A stretch of DNA of 48,422 nt from a virus (lineage: Duplodnaviria; Caudoviricetes), in the IMG/VR virus record IMGVR_UViG_3300017747_003013, positions 1 through 48,422 of that record. One strand, given 5' to 3'. Below are positions 1 through 7,523 of the stretch, in pieces (within the stretch, counting starts at the first letter, position 1; every line of letters starts with the position of its first letter). Both the position numbers and the translations under genes were made by a program. A model generated the notes under the pieces. It was not told where the DNA came from. It did not search any database and saw only the letters and a program-made list of their open reading frames with translations.

Positions 1-264
1 ATCGATGGCCTCGGCCGCCATCGTCAACCCGCTCTCCTCGTCGATGTCGAGGTCGATGACGGCGAGGCCGTTCTCGACGCGCAGGCCGGTGTCCTGAAAG
101 CGGGAGTGCCGGCGCGACCAGCGCGAGATCACCTCGGGGGTGATCTCGACCTTCGGCCAGCCTTCCAAGTAGCAGGCTTTGCCGACGTTCGGCAGCGGGC
201 TGTAACCGTTGGCGACTAGTTGCGTGCGCAGATCGAGCACGCTATATGTGGTGTTGTCCCGCAT
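1..264 (-). CDS. 5' part of primase-polymerase/helicase gene (Prim-Pol domain); continues across the circular join into 46208-48386
   Basis: ATG at 264 with GGGAGG 6 nt upstream. Reads MRDNTTYSVLDLRTQLVANGYSPLP...GWP...TGLRVENGLAVIDLDIDEESGLTMAAEAI, with an AEP-type DxD motif. In frame with the 734-aa ORF through the terminal overlap; joined length 813 aa. Confidence 0.88.
   Translation of the reverse strand, partial: MRDNTTYSVLDLRTQLVANGYSPLPNVGKACYLEGWPKVEITPEVISRWSRRHSRFQDTGLRVENGLAVIDLDIDEESGLTMAAEAID
2..37. repeat. 36-bp terminal direct repeat (circular assembly overlap), left copy
   Basis: TCGATGGCCTCGGCCGCCATCGTCAACCCGCTCTCC is identical at 2-37 and 48387-48422. Confidence 0.95.
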
Positions 265-283
265 GGACATCCTCCCAAGATGT

Positions 284-319
284 GAAAAACTCAGACCCCC
301 GGCCGTCAACCGGGGGTCT
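284..319 (-). terminator. Intrinsic terminator after the leftward replication operon
   Basis: 10-bp stem AGACCCCCGG/CCGGGGGTCT (293-319), followed on the minus strand by GAGTTTTT. Confidence 0.65.
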
Positions 320-324
320 CTTTC

Positions 325-861
325 TTAGGCCAGCCCGAGGTCTCGCTCAAGCGCGCTGATCGCGGCGTCGAAGGGCGGGTCGTCCCGCAAGTCCTCCACC
401 ACGTTCGCGCTATGCCAGATCGCCGTGTGGTCGAAGCCTGATAGCTTCGCCAGCTCTGTGAGCCCTCGGTCGTGCGGCTTGGTCTTCCTCCAGCCGGTCG
501 CCGTCTCCCGGCAGGCAGGGCGCGGCAGTTGCAGCATCAGGTACATGGTGACGTGCCGCCCCATGCTCGCCAGCAGCCCCCGGTCGCCGGCCAGGATCAG
601 CCTGGGGCTGACGTGAAACACCCTGCCGACCCGCGCGGCGAAGTCTTCCAGCCGCTCGCGCGTCAGCGGGCTCGGCGTGTGCTCGGCGACAACCCCCCGC
701 GTCCTTGGCGCGTCGCTGGCGTGGTTCACGGCGAACAGCGCAGCGGCGATCGCTCCCTTCGTCGTGCCGAGCGAAGCCGCAGCCTCGCGGTAGGTCATGG
801 TGCGGGTGGCGGCTGTCGCCGCCTCCCGCTTCTCTGCCGGTGACATGGCGGACCAGGTCAT
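325..861 (-). CDS. DNA-binding protein: N-terminal HTH plus DnaA domain IV-like C-terminus
   Basis: HTH-like TYREAAASLGTTKGAIAA. The RHVTMYL...LTELAKLSGFDHTAIWHSANVVEDLRDDPPFD segment resembles stand-alone alphaproteobacterial DnaA_C proteins. Confidence 0.7.
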   Translation of the reverse strand: MTWSAMSPAEKREAATAATRTMTYREAAASLGTTKGAIAAALFAVNHASDAPRTRGVVAEHTPSPLTRERLEDFAARVGRVFHVSPRLILAGDRGLLASMGRHVTMYLMLQLPRPACRETATGWRKTKPHDRGLTELAKLSGFDHTAIWHSANVVEDLRDDPPFDAAISALERDLGLA

Positions 862-1772
862 TCGGGCAGCTTGGCGGCGCCGCGCCGCACTTCCATGAGA
901 CCGGGGCTGTCGTTCGGCACCCAGAACAGGTGCAACCCGACAACGTCACCGACGAACTCGCGCACTTGGAAAACGGCGTCCGGTTCCTGCTGCCCAAGCA
1001 CGTCGTACCAGCGGTCCTCAAGCAGGTGATTACCCACTGAGCGCGCCCCTTCGAGCCGCACACGATCACCGCGACGCGGCGGGCTGGTGTCGCTCTCGGC
1101 GCCGGGCTCCTCGACCTGCGCAACGGGCTCCTGCACCACGGCGGCAGTCCACGCTTCGGCCTCGGCCTGCGCGATCGCATCCTCGACGGGCGTCGCCGCG
1201 CCGCTCGGGAAAGCGGGCGCGTCCAGCTTAGCAACGCGGACGAACAGCCCTTTGATGGCGAGATCGAGCCCGCCGATCTGCTCCTCCAGCCCGCCGATGC
1301 GCCCGCCGATGATCTCGCACGCCTTGTCGATGCGCTGGTCGAGCCCGACGCACCGCTCGCGGTGCGTACGCAAGATGTCCTTGTGCACGACGAGCAGGTC
1401 TTCGACCTTCGCGAGCCGCTGCGCGAGCGCCTCGATCTCACCTGCCTCGCGCAAGAAGGCCGCTGACGACGCGACGCCGGTGTCCGTGTTAATAAAGGTG
1501 TCGCCGGCTCTCCAGCCGCGCGCCTCGGGCGCCGTGAAACCTTCAGGCACCGTGTCGCCGAGCAGGCCGAGCTTGGCGGTCGCCTTGTTCAGCTCGTGCG
1601 CTAGGCGCTCGATCTCGCCCTGGAGCTTGACGCGATCGGCGCGCTGGTCGATCAGCTCGTCGACTAACGCCTTGAACTCGGCGCCGCTGGTGTAAAAGAT
1701 GCTGAAGCCGACGCCGGTGTTCAAAGCGTTCTGAAGCTCGATGAGCCTCGATCGGGTAATCATTGTTGTCAC
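858..1772 (-). CDS. Hypothetical coiled-coil protein
   Basis: 304-aa ORF with ATGA overlaps at both ends and heptad-rich segments. Confidence 0.75.
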   Translation of the reverse strand: MTTMITRSRLIELQNALNTGVGFSIFYTSGAEFKALVDELIDQRADRVKLQGEIERLAHELNKATAKLGLLGDTVPEGFTAPEARGWRAGDTFINTDTGVASSAAFLREAGEIEALAQRLAKVEDLLVVHKDILRTHRERCVGLDQRIDKACEIIGGRIGGLEEQIGGLDLAIKGLFVRVAKLDAPAFPSGAATPVEDAIAQAEAEAWTAAVVQEPVAQVEEPGAESDTSPPRRGDRVRLEGARSVGNHLLEDRWYDVLGQQEPDAVFQVREFVGDVVGLHLFWVPNDSPGLMEVRRGAAKLPE

Positions 1773-2812
1773 TCCTCTATGGTTGGGTCTTTGGTGTAGT
1801 ACCAGTTGCTCGTCACCTCGACGGCAAGAGGCAGGTCTCGCCGCCAGTCGGGGCGGGCGAGCATTGCGTCCTCCAGGTGGCGGCTCACGTCGCTCACCCA
1901 GCCGGCGTCGTCTACGGCTTCCATCACGATCTCATCGTGCGTGTGCCCTACGGTTTCGGCGTGGCGTGGCGGGCTGCGATCGAGCAGGACCAGCGTCTCG
2001 CGCATGATCGAGCCGGCCACCGCCTGCGTCACGTTCTCGGCCAGCTTGCCGTACCAGAGCGCCGACCAGCCGAAGCCCTTGCGGTACCACAGCGCGGTGA
2101 CTTCCGTCTCCTCGCCCGTGTCCTTGTTCTTCACCTTCCGCGTGCGCATCCGGCAGTCGGGGTAGGTCAGCAGGCGCCCGCACGGCAGCGCGCAGAACAG
2201 CGTGCCGCCCATGTAGTCGGGGTCGTAGGCGTAGGCGACGCGGCCGGCCTCGTGGATGGTGCCGGGGTTGCGGATCGCCATCAGGCAGGCGCCCCACAGG
2301 CCCGAGGCGTGCGTCACCTCGCCCGAGGGGTCGGTGCGGAACTGCCCCCAGAACTCGCGCGCCCACGGGTTGCGGTCGCGCCACGACGTCACCAGGGCCT
2401 TCGAGGCATCCTCGTCGAAGTAGACGCCATAGTTGACGGCCATCTTCTGGAGGGCGCCGACGCCACCACCGAAGCCGAGCGACAGCACGGGCACCTTGCC
2501 GTGCGACTGCCGCTCGGGCTTCGTCACCTCGCGTGGGTCTTTGTGCAGCAGCTCGCCGGCGGTGATCTTGTAGATGTCGGGCAGCGAGGGGTCGAGGTCG
2601 TTGGTCCTGAAGATGTCGAGCACCTTCTCGGCGCCCGGACTATTGGCGAGCCAAGGAAGCACGCGCGCCTCGATGGCGCTCCAGTCACCCCAGACGAAGG
2701 TCTTGCCCTGCGGCGCGACGAACGCCGGGCGGATCACCATGCCGAGCGTCTTGCCGATCGGCCCGTAGGCCGCCAGCTCGTCGAGGAAGGCGTCGTCGAG
2801 CTGGCGGGTCAT
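1769..2812 (-). CDS. Family A DNA polymerase, C-terminal (palm/fingers) subunit
   Basis: Motif A GDWSAIEARVL, motif B RQSHGKVPVLSLGFGGG, ENVTQA, motif C HTHDEI. Has its own GGAG RBS and ATG. Confidence 0.93.
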   Translation of the reverse strand: MTRQLDDAFLDELAAYGPIGKTLGMVIRPAFVAPQGKTFVWGDWSAIEARVLPWLANSPGAEKVLDIFRTNDLDPSLPDIYKITAGELLHKDPREVTKPERQSHGKVPVLSLGFGGGVGALQKMAVNYGVYFDEDASKALVTSWRDRNPWAREFWGQFRTDPSGEVTHASGLWGACLMAIRNPGTIHEAGRVAYAYDPDYMGGTLFCALPCGRLLTYPDCRMRTRKVKNKDTGEETEVTALWYRKGFGWSALWYGKLAENVTQAVAGSIMRETLVLLDRSPPRHAETVGHTHDEIVMEAVDDAGWVSDVSRHLEDAMLARPDWRRDLPLAVEVTSNWYYTKDPTIEE

Positions 2813-3042
2813 TCGTCGCTCCTATCCCAGTAGCCTACGTGCTTCAGGTGTGCCACCCGCAGGCGGGCGCAGTCCTGCATCAGCTCGGCCTTGTTCTCGG
2901 CGGGTATCCAGACGCTTACCTGCACCAGCCCCGCTGCGGCATAGCGGTCGCGCTGGCGCTGGACATGGTTGCGCTGGCTCTCAGTGGTGGCGTACTCGCC
3001 GTCAGCCTTGCGCGGGACGCCGAGCGGCTTGCGGGTGATCAT
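2809..3042 (-). CDS. Small putative ribbon-helix-helix DNA-binding protein (DUF3018/MazE-like)
   Basis: VQRQRDRYAAAGLVQVSVWIP pattern; coupled to Pol-C by an ATGA overlap. Confidence 0.55.
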   Translation of the reverse strand: MITRKPLGVPRKADGEYATTESQRNHVQRQRDRYAAAGLVQVSVWIPAENKAELMQDCARLRVAHLKHVGYWDRSDE

Positions 3043-3206
3043 TTGCGCAACGCCTCGCGAGCTTTGTCGTCGAGGAGCACAACCAAGTTGTATAGCTTGC
3101 GCTCCTCGTCGGTCTTTGGCTCGTAGCTGTCGGGGAACGCTACCATCGTCGAGTGGATGAGCGTGACGATCCGGTCGAGTGCGCTCTCGTACACTTGCTG
3201 TTTCAC
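3039..3206 (-). CDS. Hypothetical protein (55 aa)
   Basis: GTG at 3206 with GGAGG upstream, overlapping the previous stop; MKQQVYESALDRIV... Confidence 0.6.
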   Translation of the reverse strand: MKQQVYESALDRIVTLIHSTMVAFPDSYEPKTDEERKLYNLVVLLDDKAREALRK

Positions 3207-3412
3207 TTGTAAGACCCTCCTATGTGGAACTTGCCGCAGTGCGGGCAGCGGTAGACCTCGATCTGCCCGCGCCGCTTGCGCTTGGACGCCATGCGCTCGG
3301 CCGTGCGGTGCGCCAGGGCGCCGTTGGCGAAGGGCTCCTTGCCCAGGCACTGCTGCTCGGGCGGCATGACACCCTTCATCGTGCGGTGCTTGACGTGCTT
3401 CACCAGACCCAC
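3203..3412 (-). CDS. Small zinc-finger protein
   Basis: CLGKEPF...YRCPHCGKFHIG, a common phage C-x2-C-x3-H family. Confidence 0.7.
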   Translation of the reverse strand: MGLVKHVKHRTMKGVMPPEQQCLGKEPFANGALAHRTAERMASKRKRRGQIEVYRCPHCGKFHIGGSYK

Positions 3413-4356
3413 CCCTTGTGTTCGAGATATGCCTCGGCTACCGCTTGCGCGACGATCGGGCTGATGGTTTCTCCGTAGGCGCGCAGGCGTCCCACTCGGC
3501 CGGGTATCCCATGAGCCAGCGGGAGTGTGCCGGGTTCAACCGGGCGCCAAGCGCCATCTGCGCAGTAAAGCCAGTCGACAGTTCCCCACTGGCCGTTAAC
3601 CGGGCCGGGCCGCTCCAGCCCTCCAGCAGCTCCACATTCGCCCCCGCCACCTGCTTCCCGACCAGCGCCTCCGTCTTGCGGCTGCTGTCCGTGCTGTTCG
3701 TCGCGTTGTAGCTCGGCGTGCCCGAGTTTCCGCCCATCGGCGTCGGCCAGCCCGCCAACCACGCCACCCTGCCAAGCAGGGAGTTGATCGGCACGTTCGG
3801 CTGAAAGCCGCCGTCCTTCCAGTCCCGCCCCGTCGGCGTCGGCCAGCCGCTCGAAGGTGAGCCACTGTCGCTGTCTGATGTGCGGCGCGCCGAAGCCCGC
3901 AGCGCATAGATCAGTCGCCCCGCCGGCGTAGCCCGCCGCTTCCATGTCAGCTTGTACAAGGTCGAGCCAAGCGAGGCCGTCGAGGCTTGCAACCTGCTCG
4001 CCAAGGAGGACATCAGGTTCGCACTCTCCGACGAGATGGTAGAGCGCAGGCCAAAGGTGCCGCTCGTCAGCAAACCCGCCTCTTTTGCCTGCCGCGCTGA
4101 AAGGTTGGCACGGGCAGCCGCAGGTCCAGACCTTGCCTGCCTCGTCGGGCCAGCCGGCGCGTTCGAGGGCGAGGCCCCAGCCGCCGATGCCTGAGAAGAA
4201 ATGGGCTCGGTCGAACTCGGCGACTTCGCTGGGTAGGACATCCTCGATGCTCCTCTCGTCGACCACGCTGTTGCGGGGCAGGTGCCCCGCCGCGATCAGG
4301 TTGCGCAGCCACTGCGCCTTGTAGGGGTTGATCTCGTTGAAATAGACGCGGGTCAA
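3400..4356 (-). CDS. C5 cytosine DNA methyltransferase, alpha subunit
   Basis: TTG start at 4356 overlaps the upstream stop. Motif [43 protein letters not shown]. No motif IX in this frame. Confidence 0.88.
   Translation of the reverse strand: MTRVYFNEINPYKAQWLRNLIAAGHLPRNSVVDERSIEDVLPSEVAEFDRAHFFSGIGGWGLALERAGWPDEAGKVWTCGCPCQPFSAAGKRGGFADERHLWPALYHLVGECEPDVLLGEQVASLDGLAWLDLVQADMEAAGYAGGATDLCAAGFGAPHIRQRQWLTFERLADADGAGLEGRRLSAERADQLPAWQGGVVGGLADADGRKLGHAELQRDEQHGQQPQDGGAGREAGGGGECGAAGGLERPGPVNGQWGTVDWLYCADGAWRPVEPGTLPLAHGIPGRVGRLRAYGETISPIVAQAVAEAYLEHKGWVW
3438..4241 (-). CDS. C5 methyltransferase beta subunit, nested in an alternative frame (start uncertain)
   Basis: Open frame inside the alpha gene, with two GWPTP repeats and motif IX-like [18 protein letters not shown], as in the M.EcoHK31I beta polypeptide. 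Confidence 0.78.
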   Translation of the reverse strand: MSYPAKSPSSTEPISSQASAAGASPSNAPAGPTRQARSGPAAARANLSARQAKEAGLLTSGTFGLRSTISSESANLMSSLASRLQASTASLGSTLYKLTWKRRATPAGRLIYALRASARRTSDSDSGSPSSGWPTPTGRDWKDGGFQPNVPINSLLGRVAWLAGWPTPMGGNSGTPSYNATNSTDSSRKTEALVGKQVAGANVELLEGWSGPARLTASGELSTGFTAQMALGARLNPAHSRWLMGYPAEWDACAPTEKPSARSSRKR

Positions 4357-4685
4357 TTGCGGGCCTCCGGCGCTGGCGCGTCCCAGATGTCGGCGACCTG
4401 CATGGTCAGGTAAACCATCAGGTCTTGCGTGACGTGCGGGATGAGCGAGCGGCCGAGCTCGGCTATGTGCGTGTCGGGCAGCAGGTCGGTGTCGTCGGCG
4501 CCGATCATAGCAGCCGCGATAAGCCCGCCGAGCGCAAGCTCCAGGTAGAGCGAGCGCAAGCACTCGCCGTCGTCGACACGACGCTGGAAGTCGGCGAGCG
4601 CGCGGTCGAGCATCTGGCGCGGGGTCGCCCCATCGCAGTCGCACACGGGCTCGTCTGGCAGGGTGTTGGTCAGGGTCTTCGGCAT
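4353..4685 (-). CDS. Hypothetical protein
   Basis: ATG at 4685 (TGATG coupling); MPKTLTNTLPDEPVCDCDG... Confidence 0.65.
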   Translation of the reverse strand: MPKTLTNTLPDEPVCDCDGATPRQMLDRALADFQRRVDDGECLRSLYLELALGGLIAAAMIGADDTDLLPDTHIAELGRSLIPHVTQDLMVYLTMQVADIWDAPAPEARN

Positions 4686-4897
4686 CACTCGATCTCCTCG
4701 CGCGGCGGCGCTTTGCCTTCGGCCCAGATGGCGACCTCGTCGCGCGCCTCCATCGTGTGCCAAAGCTGAGAGCCGGTGACGGGGTTAACGTCCCAGAAGT
4801 GACCGCCTAGCTTTATCATGCACCAGCCGGGGCCGAAGTAGTCAGGGTGGCAGCTACCACCCTGCTCCATGATCTTGATCGCTTCATTAAGTTTCAT
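4685..4897 (-). CDS. Hypothetical protein (70 aa)
   Basis: ATG at 4897 with GAGGAG RBS; MKLNEAIKIMEQGG... Confidence 0.65.
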   Translation of the reverse strand: MKLNEAIKIMEQGGSCHPDYFGPGWCMIKLGGHFWDVNPVTGSQLWHTMEARDEVAIWAEGKAPPREEIE

Positions 4898-5249
4898 CAC
4901 TCTTGCTCCTCTAGGTCTTCTTCGCAGTCGCCGCACACGAGGTGCGCGCCGGGCTTCGCCCAGGCGTTCATCTCGCACGTCGGGCAGGTGTATTTGGTCT
5001 GAGCGCGATCTCGTGCAGCGAGGTGATCTCGCCGTCGTGGCGATGACCGAAGCGCTCCGGCCAGAAGTAGCCGTTGGCGTTCTTCTTGCGGTGCAGCAGG
5101 ATCATGGCACGAGGTAGGCGGCTGTCGAACAGGCGCGTGTTGAAGAAGTCGAAGGCGACTTGGAGGGCGTCACCGACGTGCGCGCTGGGGCCGAGCAGCG
5201 ACTGGCGGGTCAGGTCGAGGGCGCGGGGCGCCTCTGGTTTACGCGGCAT
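4897..5249 (-). pseudogene. SprT-like zinc metalloprotease with internal deletion and frameshift
   Basis: N-terminal FDFFNTRLFDSRLP...GYFWPERF...HEIAL joins out of frame at about 5000 to C-terminal TKYTCPTCEMNAWAKPGAHLVCGDC. The HExxH core is absent. Confidence 0.75.
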
Positions 5250-5279
5250 TCAGGTTCTCCTCAGAACGAATATGGCGGC

Positions 5280-5308
5280 ACCTTACGGTACCGCCACAGC
5301 ACTGTCAA
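5280..5308 (-). promoter_or_regulatory. Sigma70-type promoter with operator-like site, inside the polymerase-splitting cassette
   Basis: TTGACA-N17-TAAGGT; 19 of 29 bases identical to the promoter at 45199-45227. Confidence 0.7.
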
Positions 5309-5520
5309 CGGTGGAAGCGCACGCCGAGCGAGTGGTCGATGTCGCCATAGGCGCGCTCTATGTCGTCGTGTTCGTCGTACAGCGCCTTGCGGTAGCGCCG
5401 GACGGCCTGGCCGCGCCGGTCAGCGCGCTCGTAGGCAGCGCTGTGCCCGAGCAGGAAGCCGATGCACAGGCCGACACCGGCGGCCATGAGCACGAGCAGA
5501 ACGATTATTGGTGTTGCCAT
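5305..5520 (-). CDS. Small membrane-anchored protein
   Basis: ATG at 5520; hydrophobic IIVLLVLMAAGVGLCIGFLLG. Confidence 0.65.
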   Translation of the reverse strand: MATPIIVLLVLMAAGVGLCIGFLLGHSAAYERADRRGQAVRRYRKALYDEHDDIERAYGDIDHSLGVRFHR

Positions 5521-5735
5521 CAGATGATCTCCTCGAAGTTGTCTGCGAAGTAGGCAGCAGCGACGAGCCACTGGTCTTTGTGGTTTTTGGGGTTGCGCGC
5601 GACCATGTCGCCAGCTTTGGGCGAGCCGGCCCACCTATCCTCGGCGGACACGCTGATGCCCGACAGGTCGTCGCCCGGCTGCCACGGGCGCAGCTCGGCA
5701 ATTTGCCTGCGGCGGTATTGCTTGAACTCAGTCAT
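5520..5735 (-). CDS. Small phage hypothetical protein
   Basis: 71 aa with TGATG coupling to the Pol-N stop; GSPKAGDMVARNPKNHKDQWLVAAAYFADNFE. Confidence 0.75.
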   Translation of the reverse strand: MTEFKQYRRRQIAELRPWQPGDDLSGISVSAEDRWAGSPKAGDMVARNPKNHKDQWLVAAAYFADNFEEII

Positions 5736-7030
5736 CAGTCGATCTCCAGTTGGTTGATGAAGTCGATCACCTCGACCTCGCGGCCAGGATGCTCCTTGTC
5801 CGTTAAGGAGGCCCTAATGAGGTTGTGGATTTGCACGCCGACCGATGAGAAGCGGCCGGTCTGCTGCGCGCCGTTGAAGCGATACTGGCCCTTCAACCGG
5901 CCCTCGTCGTGCTGGTCGACGATCTTGCCGAACTTGGCGGGTGTCGCCGACGCCCCGAAGCTGCGCGCCTCGGCGATCTGGAGCAGATCGTACTCCTCGT
6001 CGGTCAGGCCCTCGGCCTCGTCGAGGTTGCGGTAATAAGTCAGGTATTTATTCAGGTTGTCCTCGGCCACCGAGAGCTTCGCCGGCACGAGCTGGTCGTC
6101 ATAGGTCGCCTCGTCCTCGTCGGCCCACACCTTGACCAGGGTGTCGCGCGCCTCGGGGCTCGGGCAGTTGTCGTAGAGCCAGTTGGCGATCCGCTCGCGC
6201 TGCGTCGGCGCGGTGATCTTGCCGCCGGTCAGGGCCTTGAGCTGGATGCCGAGCCGCCGCTTGTTCGCCTCGGCGATCAGGTCGGCGCGGTAGCAGAAGT
6301 CGACATCGACGCCCATCCCTCGGTCGTTGATGCGCTCGGAGGTCCAGTATTCCTCCCACTCGCGGCGCGGGAGCTGGCGCGTCGCCTGGAACACGGCGCG
6401 CAGCTCGTCGATGTCCTGTGCGCCGTACGACTTGAAGCGCTCCCACTCGACGGGTTGTGACTGCGGCGTGGCGCCCTCACCGCCCTCGCACCAAAGCTGG
6501 CGCCCGGTGGCGATGTCGATCTGCTGCCACCCGTCGGCGTTCGAGAATAGCCCGATCAGGTTCTTGCCATCCTGCTGCTTGCCGTGGCGCCCGACGAAGC
6601 GCGACGCCCCTTCGAGCGTGCCCGGCGAGTTGGACGCCAGCCCCTGCGCCATCGCGTCGATGGTCATGTCGGGCCTGATCTCGCAGCCGTCGATCGTGTT
6701 GAGCATCAGCCGGTCGAAGGTCATGTTCCAGGCGACGTACCACGCCTCGCCCCGCAGCGCCCGCTGGTGGAACTCCCACAGGTCGTCGGGGATACGCCCC
6801 TTCGCCCACATGAACTTGCGGGTGATGTCGAAGTCGGGGAAGGCCGAGACCGTCGGCTTGTCGAGGCCGATGGCGTGCTGGATCATCACCACCCGAGCGC
6901 CGCGTCGGTAGCGGTAGGCGCCCGAGGTGACGACGCTCTCGTCGGCCGTGCCGCGCGTGTGCGGCAGGGTTTTACTTTCCACATCGATGAAGCAGTAATC
7001 TTCAATCCGGTCTGACAGTAGTTCTGACAT
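5735..7030 (-). CDS. Family A DNA polymerase, N-terminal subunit (3'-5' exonuclease plus thumb)
   Basis: Likely start MSELL at 7030. ExoI IDVES, ExoII AWNMTFDR, ExoIII YGAQD, INDRG, and GAQQTGRFSSVGVQIHNL near the end. Confidence 0.9.
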   Translation of the reverse strand: MSELLSDRIEDYCFIDVESKTLPHTRGTADESVVTSGAYRYRRGARVVMIQHAIGLDKPTVSAFPDFDITRKFMWAKGRIPDDLWEFHQRALRGEAWYVAWNMTFDRLMLNTIDGCEIRPDMTIDAMAQGLASNSPGTLEGASRFVGRHGKQQDGKNLIGLFSNADGWQQIDIATGRQLWCEGGEGATPQSQPVEWERFKSYGAQDIDELRAVFQATRQLPRREWEEYWTSERINDRGMGVDVDFCYRADLIAEANKRRLGIQLKALTGGKITAPTQRERIANWLYDNCPSPEARDTLVKVWADEDEATYDDQLVPAKLSVAEDNLNKYLTYYRNLDEAEGLTDEEYDLLQIAEARSFGASATPAKFGKIVDQHDEGRLKGQYRFNGAQQTGRFSSVGVQIHNLIRASLTDKEHPGREVEVIDFINQLEID

Positions 7031-7457
7031 GTTTTGCCTTATCGTTTCCGGCTGTGCCGTGGAGCTTTCGGTCGGCCTGGTTCTCGGCGCCGGAGGCCCA
7101 GTAGATGTGCTGTGGCCGGCTGCATAGCGAGTTGCCGCAGCGGTGCGCAGCGTAGGGTTTCCCCTCTGGCGCGGGGCCGTGGAATACGACGGCCGCCACA
7201 TGATTTGCCATCTGGGCTCTGCCCTCGAAGCGCACCGATCCATAAGAGGTGCCGCTGCCGTTGTTCGCGACGCCGAAAGGCCACTCGATGCACTCGCCTT
7301 TGTCGCGGGGTAGCGCAGCTATCCACTGCATCGGCTCGCCCATCATCGCGCGCCCGTGCAGGGGGTCGCCATGCCGCCACCAGCGGAGGTAGTGGGCGTT
7401 ACACATGCCGCGCTTCAGCGCGTGCCGCTGGCAGTCTGGTATGGTGCAAAGTTTCAT
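7002..7457 (-). CDS. HNH/His-Me finger homing-type endonuclease
   Basis: N-terminal C-x4-C...CNAHYLRWWRHGDP; catalytic region AAHRCGNSLCSRPQHIYWASGAENQADR. Confidence 0.85.
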   Translation of the reverse strand: MKLCTIPDCQRHALKRGMCNAHYLRWWRHGDPLHGRAMMGEPMQWIAALPRDKGECIEWPFGVANNGSGTSYGSVRFEGRAQMANHVAAVVFHGPAPEGKPYAAHRCGNSLCSRPQHIYWASGAENQADRKLHGTAGNDKAKHVRTTVRPD

Positions 7458-7473
7458 AGTCGAACGCTACAGC

Positions 7474-7506
7474 GAAAAAGAGCGGGGGCGCAAGCCCCGC
7501 TCTTTA
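7474..7506 (-). terminator. Intrinsic terminator after the SSB gene
   Basis: Minus strand AAAGAGCGGGG-CTTGCGC-CCCCGCTCTTTTT. Confidence 0.8.
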
Positions 7507-7523
7507 ACGCTCAGCCTAGCGGC

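Noticed and set aside
2-37. Biological terminal repeat or att site
   Set aside because: It lies mid-gene, is k-mer sized, and no integrase is present, so an assembly overlap is the simpler explanation.
2813-5734. Intron or intein interrupting the polymerase
   Set aside because: The interval is filled with coupled ordinary genes and a promoter. There are no Cys/Ser...His-Asn intein ends or recognisable intron core, and Pol-C has its own RBS.
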